Shown here: positions 35,853-46,553 of the stretch, piece by piece
Position numbering within the stretch: the first letter of the stretch is position 1
Layout of the letters: every line of letters starts with the position of its first letter
NCBI RefSeq assembly: GCF_028066395.1
Contig: NZ_JALCBM010000003.1
Location: forward strand, 9,703 to 73,702
Length of the DNA: 64,000 bases
From: Ruegeria sp.
Lineage (GTDB): Bacteria; Pseudomonadota; Alphaproteobacteria; Rhodobacterales; Rhodobacteraceae
Direction: 5' to 3'
The notes under the pieces: generated by a model
The model's database searches: none
Told to the model about the DNA's origin: nothing
Seen by the model: only the letters and a program-made list of their open reading frames with translations
Position numbers and translations under genes: made by a program

Positions 35853-37316
35853 ATGTCGCTGACCCTCGCCATCGTGGGGCGCCCGAATGTGGGCAAATCC
35901 ACCCTGTTCAACCGCCTTGTGGGCAAACGTCTGGCTCTGGTCGATGACCAGCCGGGCGTGACGCGCGACCTGCGTGAAGGCGAAGGGCGTCTGGGTGATC
36001 TGCGCTTTACCGTGATCGACACGGCGGGGCTTGAGGACGCGACCGATGACAGCCTGCAAGGCCGTATGCGTCGGCTGACAGAACGCGCGGTGGACATGGC
36101 CGATGTCTGCCTGTTCATGATCGACGCCCGCGTGGGCCTGACTCCCACGGACGAGATGTTCGCGGAAATTCTTCGCAAACGCTCCAAACATGTGATTCTG
36201 GCGGCGAATAAGGCTGAAGGTAACGCCGCCGACGCCGGTGTGCTTGAGGCCTATAATCTGGGCCTCGGCGAGCCTGTCCGCCTGTCCGGCGAACATGGCG
36301 AGGGGATGACCGATCTTTACACCCAGTTGATGCCTCTGGCTGATGCCGCCGAAGAAGCGCGGGTGGATGAGGCCCCCGCAACCGATATCGAACTGGATGA
36401 GGACGACGAGGGCGAGGCGCCCCTGATCACCGATGCCAAGCCGCTGCAGGTGGCCGTGGTCGGGCGTCCGAATGCGGGCAAATCCACCCTGATCAACAAG
36501 ATCATGGGCGAGGACCGCCTGCTGACCGGTCCCGAAGCCGGGATCACCCGCGACGCGATCAGCCTGCGCATCGACTGGGCCGACCCCGATGGCAGCAGCA
36601 CGCCAATGCGCATTTTCGACACGGCCGGGATGCGCAAAAAGGCCAAGGTGCAGGAGAAGCTGGAAAAGCTTTCCGTCTCGGACGGTTTGCGCGCGGTGAA
36701 ATTCGCCGAGGTCGTGGTGGTTTTGCTGGACGCGGCGATTCCCTTCGAACAGCAGGACCTGCGCATCGCCGATCTGGCCGAACGTGAGGGCCGTGCCGTT
36801 GTCGTTGCCGTCAACAAATGGGATGTCGAGGACAACAAGCAGGAAAAGCTGCGCGATCTGAAAGAGTCCTTTGAACGTCTGCTGCCACAACTGCGCGGCG
36901 CACCGCTGATCACCGTATCCGCCAAAACCGGCCGGGGATTGGAGCGTCTGCGCGCCGCGATCCTGCGCGCCCATGATGTCTGGAACCGCCGGGTGCCGAC
37001 GGCGGCGCTGAACCGCTGGCTGACCGCGATGCTGGAACAGCACCCGCCACCAGCGCCACAGGGTCGCCGGATCAAGCTGCGCTATATGACACAGGCCAAG
37101 ACCCGCCCGCCGGGCTTTGTGGTCATGTGCTCGCACCCCGACAAGATGCCCGAAAGCTATTCGCGTTATCTGGTCAATGGCCTGCGTGAGGATTTCGACA
37201 TGCCCGGCACGCCGATCCGTCTGACCCTGCGCGGGCAAGGCGACAAGAATCCGTACAAAGGACGGCGCAAGAAAAACGCCGGCGCATTGGCCAAACATCT
37301 CAAGGGTCGCGCGTAA
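35853..37316 (+). CDS. der: Ribosome biogenesis GTPase Der/EngA
   Basis: Two G domains (GRPNVGKST and [13 protein letters not shown], NKxx) plus a KH-like C-terminus. Confidence 0.98.
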   Translation: MSLTLAIVGRPNVGKSTLFNRLVGKRLALVDDQPGVTRDLREGEGRLGDLRFTVIDTAGLEDATDDSLQGRMRRLTERAVDMADVCLFMIDARVGLTPTDEMFAEILRKRSKHVILAANKAEGNAADAGVLEAYNLGLGEPVRLSGEHGEGMTDLYTQLMPLADAAEEARVDEAPATDIELDEDDEGEAPLITDAKPLQVAVVGRPNAGKSTLINKIMGEDRLLTGPEAGITRDAISLRIDWADPDGSSTPMRIFDTAGMRKKAKVQEKLEKLSVSDGLRAVKFAEVVVVLLDAAIPFEQQDLRIADLAEREGRAVVVAVNKWDVEDNKQEKLRDLKESFERLLPQLRGAPLITVSAKTGRGLERLRAAILRAHDVWNRRVPTAALNRWLTAMLEQHPPPAPQGRRIKLRYMTQAKTRPPGFVVMCSHPDKMPESYSRYLVNGLREDFDMPGTPIRLTLRGQGDKNPYKGRRKKNAGALAKHLKGRA

Positions 37317-37482
37317 CTGCGCCAATTTTCAGCATTTTAATCGCGGGGGCGTGACAGCCCCTTGCCATCACGCTAGCATTCACTGGCGTGCATTTGTTTT
37401 CGCGCGCGCTGCTTGTTTGCGGGATTTCCGCGCTTAATTCTGAAATGACTTTCGTGTCTGTGCGTCGTGGGGAGCGGGCTGG

Positions 37483-38469
37483 ATGGACCTTAGAGAATAT
37501 ACAAGACAATACGCGGTGCAGGACAACAAGCTTGCCGCGCTCAGCTATTTTGGCACATTCGCGGTGTATTTCGCCTCGCTTGCCTTGGCGATTACATATG
37601 TCGATCGCTGGTACGTTATGGTTCCTGCGGGCATTGTGTTCGCCTTTTCCGCCGTGCGGCTTTACGTCTTGCAACATGATTGCGGGCATCATTCCCTGTT
37701 CGAGACGCGGCAACAGAACGAATGGGCCGGGCATGGCCTGTCGCCCTTCACCTTCGCGCCGTTTGAGGTGATGAAGCAGAACCACAACCTGCACCACGCG
37801 GGCATCGGCAATCTGGAACATCGCGAGACCGGGGAAATCCACACGATGACCCTGCGGGAATGGAACGCGGCGGACTGGAAAACCCGTTTGTTCTATCGCC
37901 TTTACCGCAACCCCTTCATCCTGGTGCCGGTGGGGGCGCTGTTTACCTACTTCATCCGCTATCGCTGGCCCAAGAACACCGTTCGGTTCGGGGTGAAGGG
38001 CGTTGTACTGCACAACCTGTCGATCATCGTGTTTCTGGGTCTGCTCTATCTGATCGCCGGGGCCACGGGCATCTTGGTCTGGCTGGTGTTTTCACTGCTG
38101 GGCGGAATGCTGGGCGTGTTCCTCGTCTATCTTCAGCATAATTTCGAGGACACCTATTGGGACCGTCGCCCGGATTTGGACCCGCAACTGGCGGCGTTGC
38201 AGGGCTCATCCGCGCTGGATTTCGGCTGGTGGTTCGATAATGCGGTGGCCTGCATCACGTTGCATGACATCCACCATTTCAACGCGCGCATTCCGTCTTA
38301 CCGGCTGCGGGCCTGCCACTATAACCTGCCGCCCGAATACACCCCGCGCCGGATCAAGTTCCCCGAGGCACTGGCGGCGCTGAACCTCAAACTGTGGGAC
38401 GAGGATGCAAAACGCCTTGTCCCCTTCCCGAAAACCGCACCCGACCGGCAACTGGCCACTCACGGCTAA
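37483..38469 (+). CDS. Membrane fatty acid desaturase
   Basis: Three His boxes HDCGH, HNLHH and HDIHH, plus YLQHNF and RIPSYRL. Confidence 0.92.
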   Translation: MDLREYTRQYAVQDNKLAALSYFGTFAVYFASLALAITYVDRWYVMVPAGIVFAFSAVRLYVLQHDCGHHSLFETRQQNEWAGHGLSPFTFAPFEVMKQNHNLHHAGIGNLEHRETGEIHTMTLREWNAADWKTRLFYRLYRNPFILVPVGALFTYFIRYRWPKNTVRFGVKGVVLHNLSIIVFLGLLYLIAGATGILVWLVFSLLGGMLGVFLVYLQHNFEDTYWDRRPDLDPQLAALQGSSALDFGWWFDNAVACITLHDIHHFNARIPSYRLRACHYNLPPEYTPRRIKFPEALAALNLKLWDEDAKRLVPFPKTAPDRQLATHG

Positions 38470-38533
38470 GGTCCGGGGACCCAAAACGCTGCGCTGAGAT
38501 GCGTCACCGCAGCGAGACAGGAAAGGATTGGAA

Positions 38534-39073
38534 ATGACCGCAACGACTGCCCTGCGTGGCGTAGGTAAGGCGCTGGCCCAGGCTCTTGCCGCGCAAGGTT
38601 ATAAAACGGCTGAGGATGTGGCCCGGGCCAAGCCCGAAGACCTGATCAAGGTGCCGCGCATCGGTTCGGCCCGTGCGCCGGTTCTGATTGCAGCGGCGCA
38701 AGCGGTGCTGAACGGCAAGCCCGCAGCCAAAGCCCCGGCCCGCCGCAAGCCCGCCGCGCGGGTAACTGCCGCGGCCAGGAAGGCCGAAGCCGAACGCAAG
38801 GCGGCCGAGGCGCGCGCGGCAGCGGAAAAAGCCGCCGACGAAGCAAAGGCCAAGAAGAAGGCGAAAGCCAAGGCCAAGGCCGAAAAAGCGGCCAAAAAGA
38901 AGCTGGAGATGGAGGCCGCTTTCAAGAAGGCCAAAGAGAAGGTCAAGGAAAAGTCCAAGAAGGGTAAAAAGGACAAGACCTCTGACAAGGACAAGAAATC
39001 CAAGAAGGACGTCAAGAAGAAGTCTGATAAAAAGAAGGGCAAAAAGAAGGATAAGAAAAAGGCGAAGAAGTAA
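38534..39073 (+). CDS. Helix-hairpin-helix protein with histone H1-like Lys/Ala-rich tail
   Basis: HhH motifs LRGVG and VPRIG followed by a long K/A/E-rich basic tail; AAGGA RBS. Confidence 0.8.
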   Translation: MTATTALRGVGKALAQALAAQGYKTAEDVARAKPEDLIKVPRIGSARAPVLIAAAQAVLNGKPAAKAPARRKPAARVTAAARKAEAERKAAEARAAAEKAADEAKAKKKAKAKAKAEKAAKKKLEMEAAFKKAKEKVKEKSKKGKKDKTSDKDKKSKKDVKKKSDKKKGKKKDKKKAKK

Positions 39074-39096
39074 GCCCTTCTTCGCCTTTCGATGTC

Positions 39097-39123
39097 AAAA
39101 ACCGGCGCCTTGCGCCGGTTTTC
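39097..39123. terminator. Bidirectional terminator
   Basis: AAAAACCGGCGC-CTT-GCGCCGGTTTTT; a second 13-bp hairpin (39058-39089) encloses the upstream stop codon. Confidence 0.88.
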
Positions 39124-39124
39124 T

Positions 39125-40417
39125 TTATGCCAGTGTGCCGTTTGTTTGCAGCGTCAGCTTGCCGCCCAGATAGGGGGCCAGCACCTGCGGCAGGGTCACG
39201 GTGCCATCCGAGTTCTGGCCGTTTTCCAGCACCGCAATCAGGCACCGTCCAACGGCAAGGCCCGAGCCGTTCAGCGTGTGGACATATTCCGGCTTGCCGC
39301 CGCCCTCGGGGCGGAACCGTGCGTTCATGCGGCGGGCCTGAAAAGCACCGGTGGTCGAGACCGAGCTGATCTCGCGGTAAGTGTCCTGCCCGGGCAGCCA
39401 TGCCTCGATATCGAAGGTGCGGCGCGCGCCAAAGCCCATGTCACCGGTACACAGGACGACGGTGCGATAGGGGATGCCCAACTGCTCCAGCAGGTCCTCG
39501 GCGCAGCGCAGCATGCGCTTTTGTTCCTCATCCGAGTTGTCGGGATGGGTGACCGAGACCATCTCGACCTTTTCGAACTGGTGCTGGCGCAGCATTCCGG
39601 CAGTGTCCTTGCCCGCGCTTCCCGCTTCCGACCGAAAACAGACGGTGTGGGCAGTCATGCGGATGGGCAGGGCGGATTCGTCCAGAATGTCGCCCGACAC
39701 CGAATAGGTCAGCGTCACCTCGGAGGTCGGGATCAGCCACCAGCCATTGGTGGTCTGATAGCTCTCCTCACCGAATTTCGGCAGCTTATCCGTGCCATAC
39801 ATCGCCTCATCCCGCACCAGAACGGGGGTCTGGGTTTCGGTCAGCCCGTTCTTGTCGATATGCGTGTCCAGCATGAACTGCGCCAGCGCGCGGTGAATGC
39901 GGGCGACGCCTTTGGACAGGTTCACGAACCGGCTGCCGCTGGTCTTGGCGGCGGTTTCGAAATCCATGGCGGCGGCGACGGCGGGGATATCATAATGCTC
40001 TTTCGGAGCAAAATCGAAATCGCGCGGCGTGCCCCAGCGGTTGACCTCGACATTGTCATCCTCATCCGCGCCCTGCGGCACGTCATCGGCGGGCAGATTG
40101 GCAATGCGGGCCAGTTGATCGGTCAGCAGCGCGTCCAGGTCCTTGGCCTCGGTTTGCATCCGGGCGATCTCGGCCTTTTTCTCGGCCACCAGCGCGCGCA
40201 GGCGTTCGAATTCGGCCTCATCTCCACGGCCTTTGGCAGCGCCAACCTCTTTCGAGGCCTTGTTCTGTTCGGCCTGCGCGGTTTCCGCCGCCAGGATCTT
40301 GGCCCGGCGGCTTTCGTCCAGCCGCAGCAGGTCTGACGACACCGGCGCGTCCCCACGGCGCGCAAGGGCGGCGTCGAAGGCGGCAGGGTTTTCGCGAATG
40401 GCGCGGATGTCGTGCAT
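39125..40417 (-). CDS. serS: Serine--tRNA ligase
   Basis: [35 protein letters not shown] and [12 protein letters not shown] motifs. Confidence 0.98.
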   Translation of the reverse strand: MHDIRAIRENPAAFDAALARRGDAPVSSDLLRLDESRRAKILAAETAQAEQNKASKEVGAAKGRGDEAEFERLRALVAEKKAEIARMQTEAKDLDALLTDQLARIANLPADDVPQGADEDDNVEVNRWGTPRDFDFAPKEHYDIPAVAAAMDFETAAKTSGSRFVNLSKGVARIHRALAQFMLDTHIDKNGLTETQTPVLVRDEAMYGTDKLPKFGEESYQTTNGWWLIPTSEVTLTYSVSGDILDESALPIRMTAHTVCFRSEAGSAGKDTAGMLRQHQFEKVEMVSVTHPDNSDEEQKRMLRCAEDLLEQLGIPYRTVVLCTGDMGFGARRTFDIEAWLPGQDTYREISSVSTTGAFQARRMNARFRPEGGGKPEYVHTLNGSGLAVGRCLIAVLENGQNSDGTVTLPQVLAPYLGGKLTLQTNGTLA

Positions 40418-40501
40418 GTCTCAGATCCTTATGCGTGAATCACTAGGATCGCTTATGCACCATCTGAAAGGCAGGGTGTAGCACCGCGTGTGAAAATGCG
40501 C

Positions 40502-42163
40502 CTACTTGTCCGCATCCTCGGCCCCTTCATGCGCCAGATGACCATCCCAATCCCCGGCGGGGATTTTCGGTTCGGGCGGGTCGGCGATGTAGGATGGCGT
40601 CATGATCTGCACGTTATTTTCGTTGAACACGGCCACGATATTGCGATGCAGGTCCGAGCGGATTTTGGGGATGATACTGCCCCGCGTGGTGTAGCCGTTG
40701 ATCTGATAGTTAATCGCGTAATCGGCCAGCGCGGTCCACAAAACAAAGGGTTCGGGCTTGGCCTTGATCCCTTTGGTACGGTGGGCAGCCTCGATCAACA
40801 TCGCCTCGACCTTCTCGGGGGGTTCCTCATAACCGATGCCCACGGTGGTGTGCAGCAACAGCCCGCTGCCATCGGTTTTCTTCGAGAAATTCACCACATC
40901 GGAATTCATCAACTGCGCATTGGGGATCGAGATCAACTCGTTCTTGATGGATTTCAGATGCGTTTCCATCAGTTTGATCTGCACCACATCGCCGATATGG
41001 TCGCCGATCTGAATGCGGTCCCCGATCGAGGTCGAGCGGCGGTAGATCACGAACAGCCCCGCCAGCATGTTGCTGACGACCGAATTGGCCCCCAGCGACA
41101 GCATCGCGCCCACCAGAATGGTCAGCCCCTGAAACGCCGCCGAATCCGAGCCCGGAATGTAAGGCACCGCAAAGACCAGCGCGATCAGTATGATGACGAC
41201 GCGGGCGATGTTGAAGGTGGGGTTCACCCAGTGTTTCTCGAAATCACCCAGATCGAACGTGCCCGCCTCGACCGCGTCAAAGAACACACGCATGCCCTTG
41301 ATAATATACAGGGTCACCCATGTGATCAGCGCCAGCATGATCAGGTTGGGCAGATAGCTGATGACGCCCTTGACGATCTGCAGGACCGGCTCGGTCAGAT
41401 AGGTCAGCAGCAGTTGCGCGAAGTATCGCGTCTCGGCAAAGGCCAGCAGGATGAAGGACAGGTAGTAGTAAAAGCCCAGGAAAAAGATCGCCAGGAGGAT
41501 GAAATTCAGCCCGTATCGGATCAGCGCGGCCATCGCCTCGGCCTGCACATGTTCGGCGGTGGCGGTTTCGACATCTTTCAGATAGCGCCGCACAAAACGC
41601 AGCGTGCGCCGCTTGATCCGGCGGTGCAGCCACAGGATCAGCACGATGAACAGGATAAAGCCAAGCGTCCAGCCGCCAGCCTCGATCGCGCCCGAGACGC
41701 GGGCCTGTTCGGTGCGGTTGGCGCGATACGCCTCGATGGATTGCTTGATCGCGTTGCCGTGCAACAGGCTGAGCACATCCAGCCCCATCTGGTCCAACTC
41801 GGCATCCGCTGTCGTCACGATCGAGATTCGCTCGCCATCCGCCAGTATCCAGGTGCCCAACTCGGTTTCCTCAAAGGTGATCTCAACCGTTTGTGCGTCC
41901 GAGCTTTCGGCGACCTCGATGATCTTGGCCTGTATGTTCTCGGCCCGCTCGGGCGCGGGCAGGGCGCTGGAGCCGCGCACCTGAAACAGCGTGTCCCCAT
42001 CGACGATGACCGGGGCGACGAATGCCTCAGAGCCTTGGGTCTCGGCCTCGGGGGCTGCGGGGGGTGTTTCCTGCGCGCTGGACGGGGTCGTCAGCCACAG
42101 GCCCAGCGTCAGGGTTGTCAGAAAATAGCGTAACAAAACGAAGGGCTTGAAAGGCAATGTCAT
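40502..42163 (-). CDS. MscS-family mechanosensitive channel with N-terminal periplasmic domain
   Basis: SNMLAG..IGDRIQIG...GDV, IPN, VGIGY and IMTP motifs; start MTLPFKPF after AAAGGGGG. The 1338-aa track ORF is an artefactual extension. Confidence 0.92.
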   Translation of the reverse strand: MTLPFKPFVLLRYFLTTLTLGLWLTTPSSAQETPPAAPEAETQGSEAFVAPVIVDGDTLFQVRGSSALPAPERAENIQAKIIEVAESSDAQTVEITFEETELGTWILADGERISIVTTADAELDQMGLDVLSLLHGNAIKQSIEAYRANRTEQARVSGAIEAGGWTLGFILFIVLILWLHRRIKRRTLRFVRRYLKDVETATAEHVQAEAMAALIRYGLNFILLAIFFLGFYYYLSFILLAFAETRYFAQLLLTYLTEPVLQIVKGVISYLPNLIMLALITWVTLYIIKGMRVFFDAVEAGTFDLGDFEKHWVNPTFNIARVVIILIALVFAVPYIPGSDSAAFQGLTILVGAMLSLGANSVVSNMLAGLFVIYRRSTSIGDRIQIGDHIGDVVQIKLMETHLKSIKNELISIPNAQLMNSDVVNFSKKTDGSGLLLHTTVGIGYEEPPEKVEAMLIEAAHRTKGIKAKPEPFVLWTALADYAINYQINGYTTRGSIIPKIRSDLHRNIVAVFNENNVQIMTPSYIADPPEPKIPAGDWDGHLAHEGAEDADK

Positions 42164-42364
42164 CGGTCCCCCTTTTACCGAACTATACCGCAGTTGGGTG
42201 ACATGCCTAGGACATATCTGCAACGCTTTGCCTGATCCTGCGGTTCGCCGGGTACGCAATGGCGCTTTGAGGTGCCGCCATTGCTTGCAAAGGGCGGGTT
42301 CAAGGCATAGGTTCCCGGCAAATTTGCGGAACGGTGCCGCAAGATCTGAACAAAGGAATATCCC

Positions 42365-42649
42365 ATGGAAGGCGGCGCAATTGCCCAGTTTCTCCCACTG
42401 ATCCTGATTTTCGGGATCATGTATTTTCTGCTGATCCGTCCGCAGCAGAAAAAGATGAAAGAACACAAGGCGATGGTCGAGGCGCTGCGCCGTGGGGATC
42501 AGGTCGTCACCCAAGGCGGGCTGATCGGCAAGGTGGCCAAGGTCAAGGATGATGGCGAGGTCGAGGTCGAGATCGCCGAAGGCGTCAAGGTGCGTGTGGT
42601 TCAGGCGACCATCGCTCAGGTCCTGAACAAGACCGAACCGGCGAAATAA
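42365..42649 (+). CDS. yajC: Preprotein translocase subunit YajC
   Basis: YFLLIRPQQK..K.H and L.RGDQVVTQGGLIG motifs. Confidence 0.97.
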   Translation: MEGGAIAQFLPLILIFGIMYFLLIRPQQKKMKEHKAMVEALRRGDQVVTQGGLIGKVAKVKDDGEVEVEIAEGVKVRVVQATIAQVLNKTEPAK

Positions 42650-42682
42650 CTTCGCGCCACAATTCCTTGAAAAGGCAGGGTA

Positions 42683-44344
42683 ATGCTGCAAATTGATACC
42701 TGGAAGCGGGTTCTGATCTGGTCGGTCTGCGTGATTGGCCTGTTCCTGGCCCTGCCGAATGCATTTTACACGCGCGTCGAACAATCCAACGACGCCAAGG
42801 CGGCGATTGAGCTTGGCGCGGACACCCCCGAAAATCAGGCTTTGGCGGGGCAATGGCCCAACTGGCTGCCATCTTCGCTGGTCAATCTGGGTCTCGATCT
42901 GCGCGGCGGTGCCCATCTGCTGGCCGAGGTGAAGGTCGAGGATGTCTATGAGGCGCGGATGGAGGCGATGTGGCCCGAAATCCGCGACGCGCTGCGGGAC
43001 GAACGCGCCACGGTAGGAACTGTGCGCAAACAACCCTCGGCCCCCGATGAGATTCGCGTCCGCATCAGCCAGCCCGAGGGCATGTCGCGCGCGTTGGAGG
43101 TTGTCCGTGGTCTGGCCCGCCCGGTGCAGACTCTCTCTGGTGTTGGCGCAACTGATATTGACGTCCGCGCCGAGGGTGACACGATCATCGTACAACTCTC
43201 CGAGGCTGAAAAGCTGGCCTCGGATGACCGCACCGTGCGTCAGGCGCTGGAAATCATCCGCCGCCGGATCGACGAGGTCGGCACACGCGAGCCCACCATT
43301 CAGCGTCAAGGCGCGGATCGCATCCTGATTCAGGTGCCCGGCATCGGCAGCGCCGGAGAGCTTAAAGACATCATTGGCACCACGGCGCAGTTGACCTTCA
43401 ACCCCGTGGTTGGACGCGGCACGGACCCGGACGTCGTGCCGGGTATTGGCGAGAAGGTTGTGCCGTCCATTGATGAAAGCGGCGTCTTCTACATCATCGA
43501 ATCCGCCCCTGTCGTCACTGGCGAAGAACTGGTCGACGCCCAGCCCTCGTTCGATCAGAACGGTCGCCCGGCGGTCAGCTTCCGGTTCAACACATCCGGC
43601 GCACGGAAATTCGGCGACTACACGCTGGAAAACATCGGCGCGCCCTTCGCAATTGTGCTGGATGATGAGGTGATCTCGGCCCCTGTGATCCAAAGCCACA
43701 TCCCGGGCGGGTCCGGCATCATCACCGGCAATTTCACCGTCGAGGAAAGCACCAACCTGGCCGTACTGCTGCGGGCAGGCGCTTTGCCCGCCGGTCTGGA
43801 ATTCCTCGAAGAACGCACCATTGGCCCCGAACTGGGGCAGGACAGCATCGACGCAGGCAAGGTGGCGACCATCGTGGCCTTTGTTGCGGTGCTGACCTTC
43901 ATGGCGCTCAGCTATGGCCTGTTCGGCGTCTTCGCCAACATCGCGCTGATCATCAACGTAGGTCTTCTGTTTGGCCTGTTGTCGCTGATCGGTGCCACGC
44001 TGACCCTGCCGGGTATCGCGGGTATCGTGCTGACGGTCGGCATGGCGGTGGACGCCAACGTGCTGATTTTCGAGCGTATCCGCGAAGAACTGAAATCCGC
44101 CAAAGGCCCGGCCCGCGCCATCGAGTTGGGCTATGAAAAGGCCCTGTCGGCGATTCTGGACGCGAACGTGACCACCTTCATCACCGCCGTGATCCTGTTT
44201 GCCATGGGCAGCGGCCCGGTGCGCGGTTTCGCCATCACGCTGGGTCTTGGTATTCTGACCTCGGTCTTCACCGCGATCTTCGTGACGCGTCTGATGATCG
44301 TCATATGGTTCGAACGCCGCCGTCCGAAAATGATCGAGGTTTGA
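42683..44344 (+). CDS. secD: Protein translocase subunit SecD
   Basis: LGLDLRGG, LRAGALPA, GPELG and GMAVDANVLIFERIREE motifs. Confidence 0.98.
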   Translation: MLQIDTWKRVLIWSVCVIGLFLALPNAFYTRVEQSNDAKAAIELGADTPENQALAGQWPNWLPSSLVNLGLDLRGGAHLLAEVKVEDVYEARMEAMWPEIRDALRDERATVGTVRKQPSAPDEIRVRISQPEGMSRALEVVRGLARPVQTLSGVGATDIDVRAEGDTIIVQLSEAEKLASDDRTVRQALEIIRRRIDEVGTREPTIQRQGADRILIQVPGIGSAGELKDIIGTTAQLTFNPVVGRGTDPDVVPGIGEKVVPSIDESGVFYIIESAPVVTGEELVDAQPSFDQNGRPAVSFRFNTSGARKFGDYTLENIGAPFAIVLDDEVISAPVIQSHIPGGSGIITGNFTVEESTNLAVLLRAGALPAGLEFLEERTIGPELGQDSIDAGKVATIVAFVAVLTFMALSYGLFGVFANIALIINVGLLFGLLSLIGATLTLPGIAGIVLTVGMAVDANVLIFERIREELKSAKGPARAIELGYEKALSAILDANVTTFITAVILFAMGSGPVRGFAITLGLGILTSVFTAIFVTRLMIVIWFERRRPKMIEV

Positions 44345-44345
44345 C

Positions 44346-45314
44346 ATGAGACTGAAACTCGTACCCCAGAACACCTCGTTCGATTTCTTCAGCCGCTGGA
44401 AGGTCTGGCTGGGCCTCTCGGCCCTGATGATGGTGCTGGCCTTCGGGTCGTTCCTGCTGCAGGGGCTGAACTTCGGCATCGACTTCCGCGGCGGCACCAC
44501 GATCCGCACCCAAAGCACGCAAGAGATCGACGTGGGCGCCTATCGCGACGCCATCGCACCACTGGAACTGGGTGATGTCACGATCACCGAGATCTTTGAC
44601 CCCACCTTCGGCCCCGATGAAAACGTCGCCATGATCCGTATTCAGGCGCAGGCCGATTCCGAATCCGTATCAGCCGCGACTGTCACTGCGGTGGAAGAGG
44701 CGTTGAAACTGACCGTCCCCGACATTCAGTTCGTCTCCGTCGAATCCGTCGGGCCCAAGGTCTCGGGCGAGTTGATCCAGACCGCCGTCATCGCCGTGGC
44801 CCTGGCGATCGGGGCGGTGCTTGTCTACATCTGGCTGCGCTTCGAATGGCAATTCGCGCTGGGGGCGGTGGCCGCGCTGGTGCATGACGTGATCCTGACC
44901 ATCGGTATCTTCTCGGAACTGCAAATCCGCTTTGATCTGGCCATCATCGCAGCACTGCTGACCATCGTGGGCTATTCACTGAACGACACCGTGGTCGTCT
45001 TCGACCGGGTGCGTGAGAACCTTAGGAAGTACAAGAAGAAAGACCTCAAGGACGTCCTGAACATCTCGATCAACGAAACCCTCAGCCGGACGGTGATGAC
45101 CTCGGTCACCACGCTGCTGGCGCTGATCTCGCTATACGTGCTGGGCGGGGATGTGATCCGGGGCTTTGTCTTCGCGATGATCTGGGGTGTGATTGTGGGG
45201 ACTTATTCGTCGGTCTTCGTGGCCTCGACCATCCTGCTGTGGCTGGGGGTCAAGCGCGATTGGTCAAAGCCGTCGAACACGGCGGGCAACCAGTTTGCCA
45301 ACATTGACGCCTGA
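44346..45314 (+). CDS. secF: Protein translocase subunit SecF
   Basis: GIDFRGG, VGPKVSGEL, HDV and GYSLNDTVVVFDRVREN motifs. Confidence 0.98.
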   Translation: MRLKLVPQNTSFDFFSRWKVWLGLSALMMVLAFGSFLLQGLNFGIDFRGGTTIRTQSTQEIDVGAYRDAIAPLELGDVTITEIFDPTFGPDENVAMIRIQAQADSESVSAATVTAVEEALKLTVPDIQFVSVESVGPKVSGELIQTAVIAVALAIGAVLVYIWLRFEWQFALGAVAALVHDVILTIGIFSELQIRFDLAIIAALLTIVGYSLNDTVVVFDRVRENLRKYKKKDLKDVLNISINETLSRTVMTSVTTLLALISLYVLGGDVIRGFVFAMIWGVIVGTYSSVFVASTILLWLGVKRDWSKPSNTAGNQFANIDA

Positions 45315-46053
45315 GGTTCTGGGCCAGTCCCCAGCGGGGCTGGCCATCATCGCACTCGCTGCCTTTATGGGCGGGTTGGTGCGCGGGTTTTCGGGCTTCG
45401 GCACCGCGCTGGTCTTCCTGCCGATTGCAGGGCAGTTCCTGACCCCGTTCAATGCCCTGATCGCGCTGACCATCATGGATATCTTCGGCCCGCTGCCCAA
45501 CCTGCGCCGCGCCTGGCATGCGGTTGACCGGTCCGATCTGCTGCGCCTGACCATCGGATGCGCGCTGATCCTGCCCGTTGGCCTGTGGTTGCTGACCCTG
45601 GTCGCCCCCGAGGTATTTCGTTACGCGGTCAGCCTGATCTCACTGTCGATGCTGGTCATCCTGATCCTCGGCCTACGCTATACCGGCGCGGTGTCACGCG
45701 GTATGGTCGCCTTTATCGGCGGCATAGCCGGGTTTCTGGGCGGCGTCGCCGGTTTGCCCGGCCCGGCGGTGATCCTGTTCTACATGACCCGCCCGCTGCC
45801 GGTCGAGGTGATCCGTGCCACGATCCTGCTGTTTCTCTTTGCCTTCGACTTCCTGATCCTCGGCTTTCTGTTCGGCATGGGACACTTCACACTTGCTGGC
45901 ACGGTTCTGGGTCTGTCTCTGGTGCTGCCCAATCTGGCCGGGAACTGGCTGGGCGGCTGGCTGTTCCACCCCGAACGCGAACGGCTCTACCGCGCTGCCG
46001 CCTATCTGGCCATCGCAACTGCCGCCTTGTCGGGCCTGCCGCTTTGGGGCTAG
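45304..46053 (+). CDS. TauE/SafE-family membrane protein
   Basis: GLVRGFSGFG and GG..GLPGP motifs; probable TTG start overlapping the secF end (start uncertain). Confidence 0.85.
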   Translation: MTPEVLGQSPAGLAIIALAAFMGGLVRGFSGFGTALVFLPIAGQFLTPFNALIALTIMDIFGPLPNLRRAWHAVDRSDLLRLTIGCALILPVGLWLLTLVAPEVFRYAVSLISLSMLVILILGLRYTGAVSRGMVAFIGGIAGFLGGVAGLPGPAVILFYMTRPLPVEVIRATILLFLFAFDFLILGFLFGMGHFTLAGTVLGLSLVLPNLAGNWLGGWLFHPERERLYRAAAYLAIATAALSGLPLWG

Positions 46054-46062
46054 AAGACGGCC

Positions 46063-46416
46063 ATGCGTCTGAACGAGATCACCTATACCAACGCCGTCCC
46101 CATCGACGGCTACGGCCCCGGCTTCTTCCGTATCGGAGGTCAGGTCCACGAGGGCCCCGTCCTGACCGGCCCCACAGGCACCAAAAGCTGGGGTGGCTAC
46201 AAGGACCACCCAGCGCTGCTCGCACTCGCCGACCACATCGACGTTCTGTTCATCGGCACCGGCGCGGACCTCTCCCACATCCCCGCTGACCTGCGCAGCA
46301 CGCTGGAAGAGGCCGGACTGGGCGTCGAAATCATGAACTCCCCCGCCGCCTGCCGCACCTATAACGTCCTCCTCTCCGAAGGCCGCCGGGTCGCACTCGC
46401 CCTGATCCCGACCTAA
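46063..46416 (+). CDS. Mth938-like (DUF498) protein
   Basis: [14 protein letters not shown] and [18 protein letters not shown] motifs. Confidence 0.93.
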   Translation: MRLNEITYTNAVPIDGYGPGFFRIGGQVHEGPVLTGPTGTKSWGGYKDHPALLALADHIDVLFIGTGADLSHIPADLRSTLEEAGLGVEIMNSPAACRTYNVLLSEGRRVALALIPT

Positions 46417-46428
46417 CACGGGTCCGTC

Positions 46429-46482
46429 CTTCATCTGGCCATAAATATCCCGGGGAGCGCGAGGGGCAGCGCCCCTCGCTCC
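46429..46482 (+). repeat. Dispersed intergenic repeat, copy 2
   Basis: CTTCATCTGGCCATAAATATCCCGGGGAGC followed by the hairpin GCGAGGGGC-AGC-GCCCCTCGC. Confidence 0.75.
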
Positions 46483-46553
46483 GACCTCTCCGCAAACACC
46501 CTGCGTCAAATCCCACCTTTTGCCCGCAACACCAATCGGCTAAGCGGGACCTC

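Noticed and set aside
40502-44518. 1338-aa ORF suggesting a giant MscS fusion
   Set aside because: The N-terminal part is the antisense shadow of yajC-secD; the real MscS gene starts near 42163 with its own RBS.
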